A stretch of DNA of 63,169 nucleotides from Folioceros fuciformis (taxonomy: Eukaryota), in the NCBI GenBank assembly GCA_049999805.1, contig JBNGIO010006317.1:598493-661661 (forward strand), in the 5' to 3' direction. A program made the position numbers and the translations under genes. This document shows, one piece after another, positions 1 to 12,299 of the stretch. The first letter of the stretch is position 1, and each line of letters starts with the position of its first letter. The notes beneath the pieces were generated by a model. It was not told the DNA's origin, searched no databases, and saw only the letters and a list, made by a program, of their open reading frames with translations.

Positions 1-31
1 TGTGGATGTTGTGAGGAAGGGGGCTCGTCTA

Positions 32-3000
32 ATGGCATCTACCGAGGGCCTCGTGCCAATTACGCGCCCGTATCTGGCCAAGTATTACGAGAAGTATCCG
101 ATCCCGCAACCGGAATTCGACATTCCACAGATCTCCAGGTTCTTGAAGGAGAAGTATGGAGAATTGGATGCGAGCAGACCGAAGGATTCAGGTGCCAATT
201 CAATTTCGTTGCAGCCCCATGTTGGTGGCAAAGGTGCCAGCTCATGCTGGGATTATGGAATCAGTTGTCATTCAACTTTCTCTTGTGGCCAGACGACCAG
301 TTTGTTGCCGACTTGGAGTTTGAGCCTCCTCACAAGATGGACGAGAATCTGTGGAAAAACCGCGAGAAGATCGAAGAGGTTCTGCATTTACTGGATCGGC
401 AGCAATGGCCAGGGAAAGTGAGTAGCGGCAGTCACGTGCACTGTCATGGTTATCAGCTGTGCAGGGTGGTCCGTTCGACGGGGAACCTAGTCCTTGGTTC
501 ATGGGCTTTCGTTGGTTGGATGTGAAGCCCATGTGAAGAATCTAAAGGGTATGCATTCTTTTGAATTCTAGGTGTCAGAGCTAAACTTGCAGAACCGTGG
601 TGCTTCGCAATCTGGGGAACAGATCTTAGGACGTCTGGAGCAGGACATGAGACGGTTGCTGAAAGTCATTGAAGCGTTTCAGGCCACCAGCAGCGAGAGG
701 GTTGCCAACATGGGTATAGTTTTCTGCAACTCAAAGAGATCACAAGAAATAGCTCAGTGCTGGGGTATGCGCTTGATCGTTGTTTCCCTGTGGTTGCAGT
801 CTACACATACATGCCTCAGGATTTTCGTGGGACAGTCCTCCGAATGCAGCGTGAGCGCTCTGAAAAACGGCGCCAAGCTGAAGTGGAGGCCCTCGTAAAC
901 GCAGGAGGAAGTATTCATGAAAGATTTGCTCTTCTCTGGAAGCAGCAGATGGAAAGGTACAGATCGTAACCCGCTTTGTGACCTCATCCTTCTATCAGTT
1001 TTAGTGCCTGACCCTGCGTCCTTGATTCAACGGTCAAGAGTTTGAGGTTTTACTAAGTCCTTAGTTACTCACGCTCATCGTCGTTTCCACATCTGGAAGT
1101 ACTCAGAGTTGAGCACTTGGACAGAGTTGGTGACGCGTCTCATCACAAGCCGAGTAGGAAGTTTTAAGTCAAAGCATGGTCCAAGCGCCCTTCCAGTTTG
1201 TATTGCTGTGCATTGGAAAATCTTAGAGCGTATTGATCGAAGTAGATGTGCTGCTGTCTTTGATGGCGAGCCAATGTAATTCACAACTTTCATTCTTTTC
1301 TTGTGTTATGTGCAGGCGGAAACAACTAGCAGGTCTTGGTTCAGCATCAGGAGTGTACAAAACTCTTGTGAAGTATCTTGTGGGAGTCCCGCAGGTGAGA
1401 ACTGTCTGCAAGGGAACTCATATAAGGACTCTTGTGGTATCCTATTTGCTCACCTTGGCTTACTCACTTGATGCAGGTGCTTCTTGACTTTGTGCGCCAG
1501 ATTAACGATCATAATGGGTATGCTAATTGAGGCTCTCAACTGTAGTATTTCTTAAGGTTGGAAGGTTTTGACGTGTTCTCTCAGTTGTCATTTTTAAAAA
1601 ATTGAGTGCGAAGTTGAGTGAGTTGAGAGAACGTGGATATGCACAGGCCCATGGAGGAGCAGCGACAAAGATATGGGCCCCCCCTTTACCAGCTGACAAC
1701 TTGTGTGTCGTCCATTCATATTTTCTTGGCGTTGTGGTGGGCCACATACGAGCAACATATTGGGTAACATCTTTTTGTTGATTCTCCTATCAGGAGATGG
1801 TTTTTGGTAAGCGGGTTATGAGCTGTTGCACTTGCTTTTGATGTTGAACCAACTGTTCTATGTTCATTGGTGGGAAACAGGCAGTCAACGGAGCTACTTT
1901 CTCTGCTTGACCAAGCAGTTAAGGCTTACACTACTGAAAGTCATCGGTTTCTAATATTTCTGGGGTATGCGTTTGAGGCTCATCTCCACAGCTGTGCATG
2001 CCGAGGGGCCTGTGGCCCTCCTTTTCTAAGTGGATGCACAATTATTCTTGGCGTCTTCTTAGTTTCAACTGTTGCTTTGTGCTTCAGGGAAGTCTTTGAG
2101 AACTCGCCTTTTCTAATATCAGCAGAAGAAGCGGGCATTGCTGAAAAGTGAGAAACCCTCGCTACTGATTGGTCTGGAATATGATTTCCGCAAACACACG
2201 GGACCAAGCTGAAACACAAATCCCTCGTTGCGATCTGTTTCAGGGGGGTGGATGACTACAAAGAGACGGTGATTGCAAATGGGAAGACACATGAGGTATG
2301 TTCCAGAATTATGAATGGGGCCCTGCTGCTGTCTTTCGTGAGTGTAGATAGATTGACTCGAAAGATTGACTCGCAGGTTCTTTTGACCGTGGAAATTGAA
2401 GGGTCCCTGGTTGCCTGGGATTTCCGATTGACGTCTGGGAAAGTAAGGTCTACGCAGCATACAATGGCTTTGATGTAGATGTAACTTGGTGATGGCTACT
2501 AGTCGCTCGGTGTCCAGCTGCTCTCCATCAAATGTTTATCCGGCTCCTTGACATGGTTATGCAGGATGTTGGGTTCAGTGTTGAGTTTGTTGATCCATCT
2601 GGCGATAAAAGGGTACGGCCGTGACTCTTTACCAAGTACATATTGCCTGTTGCAATCATATGGTTGATTGAGCTTCAAGGTTCCGGCAGTAGTAAGGTTG
2701 TAATGTGAGCATTGGTTTATTCTTTGCAAGCGTGTCTTTGCTCATGTTACAGTCGTTAATGCAGCCAATGCTTCCTTACAAGCGATATGATGCTGACCAG
2801 GCATGTGACTCTCATCCCTATTGCTTTCCTTCGCACCAAATTTCCGGGAAAAGTCCCTTTTTAGCATTGCTGATCAGTCTGATGATGAGGACTTGCAACG
2901 GGCTCTTGCAGGGCAATTTCTACTCTCCCTCCACTGGTTGTTACAAACTTATCTGGGATAACAGCTACTCAACTTTTTACCGAAAGGTATGGCGGATGAT

Positions 3001-3180
3001 TTCAAGTAATCGTGCTTTTCCAAGTGGCTGGCGAGCTCAATCATAACGAACTTATTTGTCATCCTGACGGATCCCGTTGTCTGCAAGTAGGCTCTACGCT
3101 ACAAGGTAGATGCCATACCCCCTGTTGCTGATGCTCCGCCGAATGATATCATGGAAGCATCCGTTGGGGGGTCTGTTTGA
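32..3180 (+). CDS. Multi-exon GOLD-domain protein (plant emp24/GOLD 'retinal-binding'-like family)
   Basis: Exons read MASTEGLVPITRPYLAKYY..., PPHKMDENLWKNRE, YMPQDFRG, LWKQQMERRKQLAGLGSASGVYKTLVKYLVGVPQV, VAWDFRLTSG, YDADQGNFYSPSTGCYKLIWDNSYSTFYRK and ALRYKVDAIPPV...GGSV-TGA (3178-3180), separated by short introns. Confidence 0.85.
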
Positions 3181-3587
3181 CTGCAGTCCTTGCCCACAGC
3201 GATACCTTCTTCATTGAACGGCAGAAATTTTGCAACTAATTGCTTCGGACAACTGGGGATTGTGGGCATGCTGGCCTACAGCATGATTAGTAGAACATTT
3301 GTGGCGTAATTTGGACATGGAAGGGAGACCCTGATTCCTACGCTGGAGGCCAGCGTCCCCACAACGTCCACCGCTCGACCACTCTTCTGGGGATGAATCT
3401 GGGAAAGGCTTGAACTTCAGGCTGTCTCTCTGCTCTGGAATGGATGTGTTGTACTTCTACTGCAAGTGCGTCGCTTTCTCATTTGGATAAAAATATGGGT
3501 TCCCACCCGTGTATTTTGTTTATTTAAAATATTTATAATCACTTTCCGATCCTGCCTGCAACTGTGGTGACTCAAGGGCTACTCACA

Positions 3588-3936
3588 TGATGAGTAGCCT
3601 CCGTCCGTAAGAGTTCCGCGTATAGCGGAGCGGGTACCGGACGGAGACGTAGCAGCGGGGCACCATTAATGGTGTAAGTGCGAACGCTCTATTTCCTGTT
3701 AACTTTAGGCTGTTCTTAAACATCACCCTTTACATTTCACGAATATAGGGTCCGCTATTTTCGCTTCCCTGCATGTAAAGCCCAATGGCTCCCATATTTT
3801 GGTCACATGAACCTGGGAAAAATTAAGGGGCTGAGAAACGGAACGCATGGTCCCAATTTACGAAAATTTCGGACCGACACCGAAACGGAGCAAACCAAGC
3901 TCGGTCCGTGATACGGAGCCCTCCCCCTACTCATCA
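3588..3936. mobile_element. Possible non-autonomous TIR element (MITE-like)
   Basis: 10-bp inverted repeat TGATGAGTAG (3588-3597) / CTACTCATCA (3927-3936); interior enriched in ACGGA/TCCG motifs; no coding capacity; no target-site duplication seen. Confidence 0.35.
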
Positions 3937-4204
3937 CGGAGATTGGTACGTTTTCTTTTTTAAGAATGTGTAGCCCTTCAGCGCGCGGTCACGACCTACG
4001 GAATGTCACACGCGAAAGCAACTTCCTAACTGTCACCATCTTAGTTGCCAAGCGCGAGACACTTGGAACTTAAAATTGACTTCGGGACACGCGAGTAGTG
4101 CAGAACTTGCTGAAGCGTACTGTTACGAGCGCTCTACGTGTTTGAACTCTGCATGCCGTGTTGTGCAGGTGAGCGGCACATGAATCTCTAACTGCGACCG
4201 GAGT

Positions 4205-6268
4205 ATGGCCACATTATGGCAACCGGATCCGTTGCGGATCCAGCAAAGTGGTGTGTGTACAGGGATTTCGAGGAGCTCCCGCGCACCTAGTCTCAGGGCA
4301 GCCCCCAGCAAACAAAGCAGTCAGGTGCAACATTGTAATTGGCCCTGGTCATCGGAAGAAACGTGGGGGTGGAGATGGATTTTCCAGAGATGATTGTTAC
4401 CAGGAGCAGGAGCACTTGTGGCAACAATTTTTTCTGGACCCTACCATGTGGTGGGACGACAGACGAGGTAACGGCTGTAACGTTGAGCGCAATATGCCAG
4501 CAGGGGAAGCTTTCTCAGGCCGTTGAAGCCCTGGAATCTATGGCGCAGACAGGGTCTGGCATTTCTCAGTCCCTGTTGTACACTGTAGTAAAACTGTGTG
4601 CAGCGGAGAAGGATTTGGTTGTGGGGCGACGAGTGCATGATTTCACTGTGAAACTGGGGTACGAGTCGAATGCATACTTGGAGAACCATATCTTGCGCAT
4701 GTATGCATGTGGAGGGAGGCTACAGGAGGCTATGGATGTGTTCACCAGGGTGGCCAAACCAGATGCCTTCATGTGGTCTTCCATAATTTCTGCATACGCT
4801 AAGCATGGGAAACCTATTGAGGCCGTACAACTGTACCATAGAATGCGTCGATCAGGAGTGAAGGCGGATACTCACGTCTTTGTAGCTTCCCTGCAAGCTT
4901 GTGCACTTGCTGCTGATTTGGAATGGCAGAAAAGTGCCCTGTGATGTGGTACAGAGTGGCATTTCTACTGACTTGTTTGTTGGCAAGTGCCTTGTGGACA
5001 TGTATGCAAAATGTGGGGAACTCAAAGCTGCACTCCAGGTTTTTGACAGCATGACCACCAAGGACGTGGTGACATGGAATGCCGTCATTGCGGGGTACGT
5101 GAAATGTGGTGAACTGAAGGTTGCACGTCAGGTTTTCGATAGCATTGCCACGAAGGATTTGGTAACATGGAATACCATTATTGCTGGTTATGCAAAATGT
5201 GGTAAACCTTACAGAAGGGCAGGCAACTGCATCTACAGATTGAGGGAAGAGGACTGCTGGATGATGTAGTGCTGGGCAACTGCCTCGTGGACATGGATGC
5301 AATATGTGGTGAACTGGAAGCTGCACGCCAGGTTTTTGACAGGATGATGATAAAGGATGTGGTAACATGGATGTCCTTGATATTTGGGTACGGTACTTGT
5401 GATGAAGGTCACAAGGCCCTGGCCTGTTTTGAGGAGATGGTAGCTACTGGCTTTCAGCCTAATGATGCTACTTTTACTTGCCTCTTAGCAGCATGCAGTC
5501 ACGAGGGACTGGCGCACGAGGGTCGCAAGCATGATTCCATGGCTGAACATGGCATCAAGCCTACCATTGAGCGCTACACCTGCATGATTGACCTTCTCGG
5601 GCGTGCAGGCCATTTAGATGGAAGCAGAGAAGAGGCTGTTGTCATGTGAGGGCCAAAGAGATGTCGTGGGATTGATGACCTTGTTAAATGCCTGCAAAAA
5701 TCACGGAGATGTAGAGACGGCAAGGTGGTGTTATGAAAGCATTGTTAGGCTGGACCCCCAGCAGGCGCATTCCTACGTGCTCATGGCCAACGCCTACGCA
5801 GATGCAGGGAGGTGGACCGACGTTGAGCGCATTGGAACACAAAGAAGGTCGGCAGGAGCTAACAAGAAAACTGCAGTGGCAACCACTGAGGTGAATCAGC
5901 GGGTGCATAGGTTTGTGGTGGGACAAAGTAGAGAGGATATTGCGCTTAAGGTAGAGAACATGAATGCACGCGTGACGCAGGAAGGGGGCCACGTCCCTCA
6001 CACAAAGCTGGTGTTGAAGCCAATTTGTGAGAAGGAAAAGGAAGACTCTCTTTGCGGGCATGCTGAGAAGCTGGCTCTGGCTTTTGGTCTTTTGAACACT
6101 CCGAGTGGGACTCCTCTGGTGGTAATTAAGAATCTGCGCATGTGCAGTGACTGCCACAGTTCCACAGAGATCCTGTGAAGGCTTGAGCAGAGAAACATTG
6201 TTGTGAGAGATGGTTACCGCGTGCATCGATTTGCAGCTGGTCTTTGCAGTTGTAAGGGTCGACCGTGA
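4205..6268 (+). pseudogene. PLS-class PPR protein with E/E+ and DYW:KP (GRP-type) domain, frameshifted
   Basis: P/L/S motifs (LVDMYAKCGELKAALQVFDSM, DVVTWNAVIAGY) are split over ORFs 4339-4944, 4901-5269, 5269-5649 and 5618-6178. DYW part: KKTAVATTEV, LCGHAEKLALAFGLL, KNLRMCSDCH, in-frame TGA at 6176-6178, then RLEQRNIVVRDGYRVHRFAAGLCSCKGRP-stop (6266-6268). Confidence 0.9.
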
Positions 6269-9126
6269 GAAGGATGAAGAAGTAGCCAGACCTCAAGTTG
6301 GTACTCCAGAGAATTAGGCTTTCTGTTCTATGGCAGATGTGCTTGCTAAACTTCATCCCTGTCCCATGGCTACCACGTCTGGAGGCTTACGAACTGGCTG
6401 GATCACGGGGTCAGGCAGTCACTTTCACGAGGGGTGGGCAGCGGTGGGGGAACAGGGATCGGGGGTGCACTGCAGGCTTGAAATTTGGCTCAAATCCGGT
6501 GAAATTGGGGCTGCAGTTGCCGGATTGAGCTGCAAGAAACAAACGGATAAAGGGGAAATGATGGCGTGGGGTTGGTGCAGCATGGAACAGGTGGACGGGT
6601 ACGTGGCTGGAAGTAGTAGACCATGAGATGAGTAGCACTGTGGGAAGCAGTTGTCCAGTTTACTGCAAGCAGCATCCCTGTGTCTGGTTGAGGTTAAGCT
6701 CAGACTATCAAACACACCAGTAGACGTGGAGTGATGGCTGCAGCTGTGGCGACCTGTATGAGTGCCAATGTGTGGTCAGGATGAGGCAGCCCCGGTTCAA
6801 CATGTGTTCTAGTGTCTGTGAATGACCGGAGAGCCCTCCAGCAGTACTACATGCACGGCAATATACTGCCACTCGGTCTTACCAGTCGGAGGTCTGCTAG
6901 GAGAACTCTCCATTCTTGATAAAATCAAGAGGATTTCACAGCTAAGAGATGACCTACCGGTGTGATAATGTCAGCACCATTCCTACTCCAGAGATCCGAA
7001 TGCCATCTTTATTGCAGCACATGAACTGAACGTGAGTTATCTTCACAATCAGAGGCAGGACCCCGTTCCACACACTTTAAGAAATGGAATTTCTAGCCCA
7101 CGTTCTTAAGGACTGTGGATTTTTAGGGACTGGACAATGACAAGAACATGCATAATGACCCCAAGTGACTTAACCATTCCGGCCACTTACAGCATTTGTC
7201 AGATATGCTGCAGCTCCCGATTAGGACTAGAAATGGCTACGCTGTCTCGTACACTTGCACATCTAAAGTCATCCCCACCTATCGTGACTAGCTCACATTA
7301 GAAGCGGGTGATTTCTTCCACTGCTCAAAATGGGTAAGCTCACGGCAGATCCCCTGAATTCGTCCTACCCCCGTAGCACGTCACACACGTGGTGTGATAT
7401 GATCCGTATCCATCGTGCACTCTCAATGCAAGACATTATGGAACTCGCGACAAGTGAAGTCTTGCGTAACTTGAAACGATTCTTTAGTTTATAAGCCTTA
7501 AAAAAGATATACTTTTGGCGTCCCCTTTTTTTCGCACTTGGAAGTCGGATCATTGCATGAGTAGGAGGGATTCAACTTAGACTACGGAGCCGTGAATTTC
7601 CGTCTTTGAGGTCCGCATTGTGTGTCACTGGGACGTCGTCATGGCTAGTCTGTAGCCGGAGTCCCTCTGGTCCGGTCGTTTTCCGTTCACGGAAAGGATA
7701 AGTACACTCCCGTGCGATTTCCTACATTGCGGGCTCACTCCTCCTCCCAATCCACAAACCGCAGTTCTCTTCAGAAAAGGGGTAAACTCCATTCTGTTTT
7801 CTGATAGGCCTGTTCGTTGAACAATCGAACGATGCGGCCGGACAATGGTCTCGCACAGTCAAACGACACGGTCGTCCGGTGGCGTCAGGGAATGATGGTG
7901 CATCTGGATAACACAAATTGGAGAAAGGTTGGGAAGAAGAAAATAGATGTCTGGAGGCAGAGGAGGGATCGCGGCCGGGCCGACCTGCAACGCTGCCTCC
8001 TCTTTGCAAAATCATGCTGAGACTTACCAAAGTTTGCGCTGCTCTCGAGTGGTGCACCCTACGTGAGCCAGGCTTCTGTTGGAAACGCGGGCTGCGCTGG
8101 AGCATGAAGGAGGAGGAGGATCCCGTACATTCCGAGTAGATTCACCGAGGGCTCCAACGCTGCCTTCGCGAACCCTCGGGACAGTAACTGGCCGCCTCAC
8201 GACGCCGATACCGATGTGGTCAGGGTTGTTTGATCTTAATCCTAAGCCCTAGGCTGTGCACAGACACGACTCGGCTTTGAGCGAGTATGGATGCACGGGT
8301 GTTATGTGTCAAGCACGCACTGGTGAGTTCCAGGGACCATGCTACCTGACGTTACCTTCCCGTCTTCAAACATGAAAGACAAATAAATGATAGCGGACAA
8401 TAGGCCCTTCCCGATCACCAAGGCTTTCCGTCTATCTTGACTCCTGCCGTTCGAACTGCATGGCCACCTGCCAACGCTCCCGCGTCCGCCTCCAGACAAG
8501 ATCAGATACCGGGGGTAGGAAGGATGGAACAATGTTTTTCGAGGGAGGCAGATATGGCTCCGCAGTCGGCACCTCGGAGAGAAGGCGCCAGCCTGGAAAG
8601 GCATATACAGTTGGTGAGTAGTGTAGCCGACTGGGGGCTATCCCCTGGGTTGCGCTGTGCCGGGCTGGCATGGCCTGGCCCCACACACGAAAGCCAGCTT
8701 ACTTTTTTCCGCAGTGCAACCGTGCTCCCCACTTCCGCCCATGGCTCTCTCTACCTTCGCCACTCAGCTTCGTGCCCGGTCTGGTAAGATTATTCGAGAC
8801 GTGCTTCTGGGCCTTGTTTAGTCCAAGGCCCGCCCTATCGGAAGGCGCGGCTGGCTGTCTGCCTGCCCCAGGTGATGGGTAGCAAGGCGAAGTAGGGGAA
8901 AGAAGGGAAGGGGATGCAAAGGAGAGGGAAGAAATGAGAGGAAGGGGAAGGATAGGTTGGGTTTTCCAGAGCAAGCCAGGGCAGTGCATCAGGAACATGA
9001 AGGGCAGCGGGTCGTCGTGATGGAGATCGAGCAGGCCCTGGAGGGCAGCGGCGGCAACTGAGGACCCAGGTTGTTTTGCGTGGATTGGGAGTGTGTGGGT
9101 TTTGGGTGTGGATTTGTCGGGTGAAG

Positions 9127-11052
9127 ATGAGTTCCGATGGATTCCGCGAGAGAAAGCGGGATGCGGGGACCGAGACGGAGCCGCTGGAGAGGGAGGCAGA
9201 GGACGGGCCTCTGCATCCCCGGGTGCCTTCCAGGCACTGGAGGCTGCTGGATCTTGTGACGGGAGCGATCATTGCGTCGGTTGTGATCGTGTTCGTGCTC
9301 ATCTTCACGCCCATGGGGGATTCCACTGCTGCGGCGGGCAGGCGTGCGCTTGCTCAGCTGGCATCCGATCCGCAGAACCGGGACAAAATTCTAAGGTGGG
9401 TGCAGGAGAAGGGACTGCCTGTGGAGCCGTGTGACCAGGGTCTCACTGATCACATTCCGTGCCACGACCCCAAGCGGGCTGCGCGCTTCAGCAAGGAGAG
9501 GAACGAGTACAGGGAGAGGCACTGCCCTCCGCCCAGGGAGAAGCTGGCATGCCTCGTCCCTCCCCCCGAGGGGTACCAGATTCCAATCCGGTGGCCGCAG
9601 AGCTTGCACGAGGTGTGGTATGCCAATATGCCGCATAAGAAGATCGCGGAGAAGAAGGGGAATCAGAATTGGATGAGGCTGGAAGGTGAGAAATTCGTGT
9701 TTCCGGGGGGAGGCACCATGTTTCCTGACGGGGCTATCAAATACATTCAGAAGCTGGCAGGGTGGATCCCGCTGGAGAACGGAGAGATCCGCACGGCGTT
9801 GGATGTTGGGTGTGGGGTGGCCTCCTTCGGGGCTTATCTCCTGCGGAAGGGAGTGCTTACTTTGTCCTTCGCACCCAGGGACTCTCACAAGGCTCAGATT
9901 CAATTTGCTCTGGAGAGAGGGATTCCAGCCTTTGTGGGAATTCTGGGCACCAAGAGGCTTCCCTTCCCGTCCAGAGCATTCGACCTGGTGCACTGTTCCA
10001 GGTGCTTGATCCCCTTCACGGCCTACAATGGCTCCTACCTTCTGGAGATGGACAGACTCCTACGGCCGGGAGGGTACTTCGTACTCTCTGGCCCCCCTGT
10101 CAAGTGGGCTGGCCAAGAGGCAGAGTGGAATGATTTGCAGATTCTGGCAAAAGGAATGTGCTACCAGAAGCTGGTGGTGCAGGACACCACTGCCATCTTC
10201 CAAAAGTCATCGAACCATTCCTGCTTTGCGGGCAGACGGAAGCCATACCCTCCTCTGTGTAGCAAACGAGAGGACCCTGATGCAGCATGGTACGTTCCCC
10301 TGTCGTCGTGTGTCACCAGGTTACCTCCACTGGAGGACGACGATGAGGCATGGGCAGGGGGCAGCATTCCGCGCTGGCCACTCCGGCTGGAGGAAACTCC
10401 GAGGAGGATGGTGGAGCTGGCATCCCTCTCGTCTGGAGTGGGCTCTGCTGCCGGCAGCAGGAGGTCAGATCTTGCCTTCTCTAACAAAGAAGGGTTACCT
10501 GCACCCACCCCCGACTTCAAGGCTGATTCACGGCGATGGAGGCAGCGTGTGGCACGGTACGAAGAGATTCTGTTGGGCCAGTTTCATCAGGTAGGTGTGA
10601 GGAACGTGCTGGACATGAATGCAGGGTACGGAGGATTTGCAGCGGCCCTGGTTCCCGAGCTCTTGTGGGTCATGAACGTGGTTCCAATAGGAAGTGACTC
10701 GCTCCCTGACACGCTACCTGTCATTTACGATCGTGGGCTCATCGGCATGTATCACGACTGGTGTGAAGCATTTTCCACCTACCCTCGGACCTACGACCTC
10801 ATCCATGTCGTGAACATCAGAGCCTTCACCACGGACCTGAAGAGGTGCAGCCTGGTGGAGGTCATGCTGGAAATGGACCGCATTTTGAGGCCCGAGGGCA
10901 CAGTAATATTTAGGGATGGGCCGAAGATGTTAGAAAGCATCGCCAAACTCTCCAAGGCAATCAGGTGGGACACAGCGTTCTTTGACCCTGAAATCAGCTC
11001 TGCAGGGAACAAGAGACTGCTGGTGGCCAAGAAAAGGTTTTGGAAGGTTTAG
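9127..11052 (+). CDS. Golgi type-II membrane SAM-dependent methyltransferase (Methyltransf_29/DUF248; PMT13/QUA3-like), single coding exon
   Basis: N-terminal TM helix, DHIPCHDP, YRERHCPP, FPGGGTMFPDGA, RTALDVGCGVASFG, QIQFALERG, FDLVHCSRC, RNVLDMNAGYGGFAAAL, YHDWCEAFSTYPRTYDLIH, EMDRILRPEG. Confidence 0.93.
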   Translation: MSSDGFRERKRDAGTETEPLEREAEDGPLHPRVPSRHWRLLDLVTGAIIASVVIVFVLIFTPMGDSTAAAGRRALAQLASDPQNRDKILRWVQEKGLPVEPCDQGLTDHIPCHDPKRAARFSKERNEYRERHCPPPREKLACLVPPPEGYQIPIRWPQSLHEVWYANMPHKKIAEKKGNQNWMRLEGEKFVFPGGGTMFPDGAIKYIQKLAGWIPLENGEIRTALDVGCGVASFGAYLLRKGVLTLSFAPRDSHKAQIQFALERGIPAFVGILGTKRLPFPSRAFDLVHCSRCLIPFTAYNGSYLLEMDRLLRPGGYFVLSGPPVKWAGQEAEWNDLQILAKGMCYQKLVVQDTTAIFQKSSNHSCFAGRRKPYPPLCSKREDPDAAWYVPLSSCVTRLPPLEDDDEAWAGGSIPRWPLRLEETPRRMVELASLSSGVGSAAGSRRSDLAFSNKEGLPAPTPDFKADSRRWRQRVARYEEILLGQFHQVGVRNVLDMNAGYGGFAAALVPELLWVMNVVPIGSDSLPDTLPVIYDRGLIGMYHDWCEAFSTYPRTYDLIHVVNIRAFTTDLKRCSLVEVMLEMDRILRPEGTVIFRDGPKMLESIAKLSKAIRWDTAFFDPEISSAGNKRLLVAKKRFWKV

Positions 11053-12299
11053 GATGTTTTTCGCACCAGGAATCCCCACCATCCTGTGTTTGTGCCGTTA
11101 AGAAATAACAGAGCACATGAGCAAGTCGCTGCTTCCACAATGCTCAGCTTTCTCTTCGAAGTATCCCAACTATAATTGGCTGTCCCGGCGGCTTCGATTC
11201 TCCAGTCATGGGTGGTACCCATAGGAGGCAAACGGCAAGCAAGGCAATGTTGAGACGTGTTGAGTCAGGAGGTTAAGATGTGGGCCCTCTATAGTGGAGT
11301 GCGACTTCTTCGAAGTCGACTAACTTATCGCTCCTGAGTTCAATTCCATTCGTTTTCTACACCATTTGTCCGCAAGGGAAATTTGTTTCGCTGAGGGTTT
11401 GTATCTGGCCCTCCGTATTGGAATACTGGCGCGGTGACGCCTCCATTTTGATATCTGCTTGCAAATCTCTGCAGGGATCTTACAGACGCTATTTCCTTGT
11501 GGTCCACTGCGCTGTTCTTCGTCTTCTTCTGACTGTTTGCAGTTGTAGACCTCTAGGACGAGCACTTCTCTAAGAAACCGTAGACCTCTACAGGAATCAG
11601 AAATTGGATTCACAGAATTCAGATCGAAGTACATGTCACACAACCTCCATGTCACACGACCTCCACCTGTAAACATCCTCAGATCTCAATTCACACTCCG
11701 ACCACATCGACCTACACCTTAAACAATCGGACAACACCGTCTCCACCTTCTAACAATCAGACAACACTACCTCCTTCCATTACTGTGGTTTTCGCAAAGG
11801 TTCAGATGTGGTCCATGCCCTGTTGTAACAAGAATTTTTGGGGCGGGCAGAGCCTCACGCAAGCGCGAGATGGATCCACTCATCATGCTTGCAAAACCTA
11901 AGTTTTGGAAGGATCAAGTCGTCCTTGCGGGGGGAGTGATAATAAGTAGCCGTTCCTTGTCTTCGAATTTTGTCTCCCCGCTATGGGTTATACGCAAGTA
12001 TACGTCTCATTTATTCGGAGTCATGTCTTGTGGATCTAGCTACATATATGAGTCCACTAAGGACGGATTTCCTCGTGGACCTAAATCACTCCAATTGATC
12101 TTTAACTAGCAATTTTTTTTCTAGTCTTAGCGCCCTGAGATTTATTAATGTAGCACATCTTATTTATTTTAAATTAGCTTCATTACCTAATAAGTTTATC
12201 CCATTATGTATATTCATGTACTTTCACTTGTAACTTTCCGTGTATATCTCATAAGGCATTACATCAATAAAGACGACTAATGAGGAGGCTATGGAGAGT

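Noticed and set aside
6176-6178. Premature TGA in the DYW domain being repaired by U-to-C editing
   Set aside because: The gene is nuclear, the paralogue has TCA (Ser) at this position rather than CGA, and upstream frameshifts would remain.
6330-6626. IGAAVAGLSC resembling an FAD-binding motif
   Set aside because: Lacks GxGxxG spacing and any supporting downstream similarity; probably chance.
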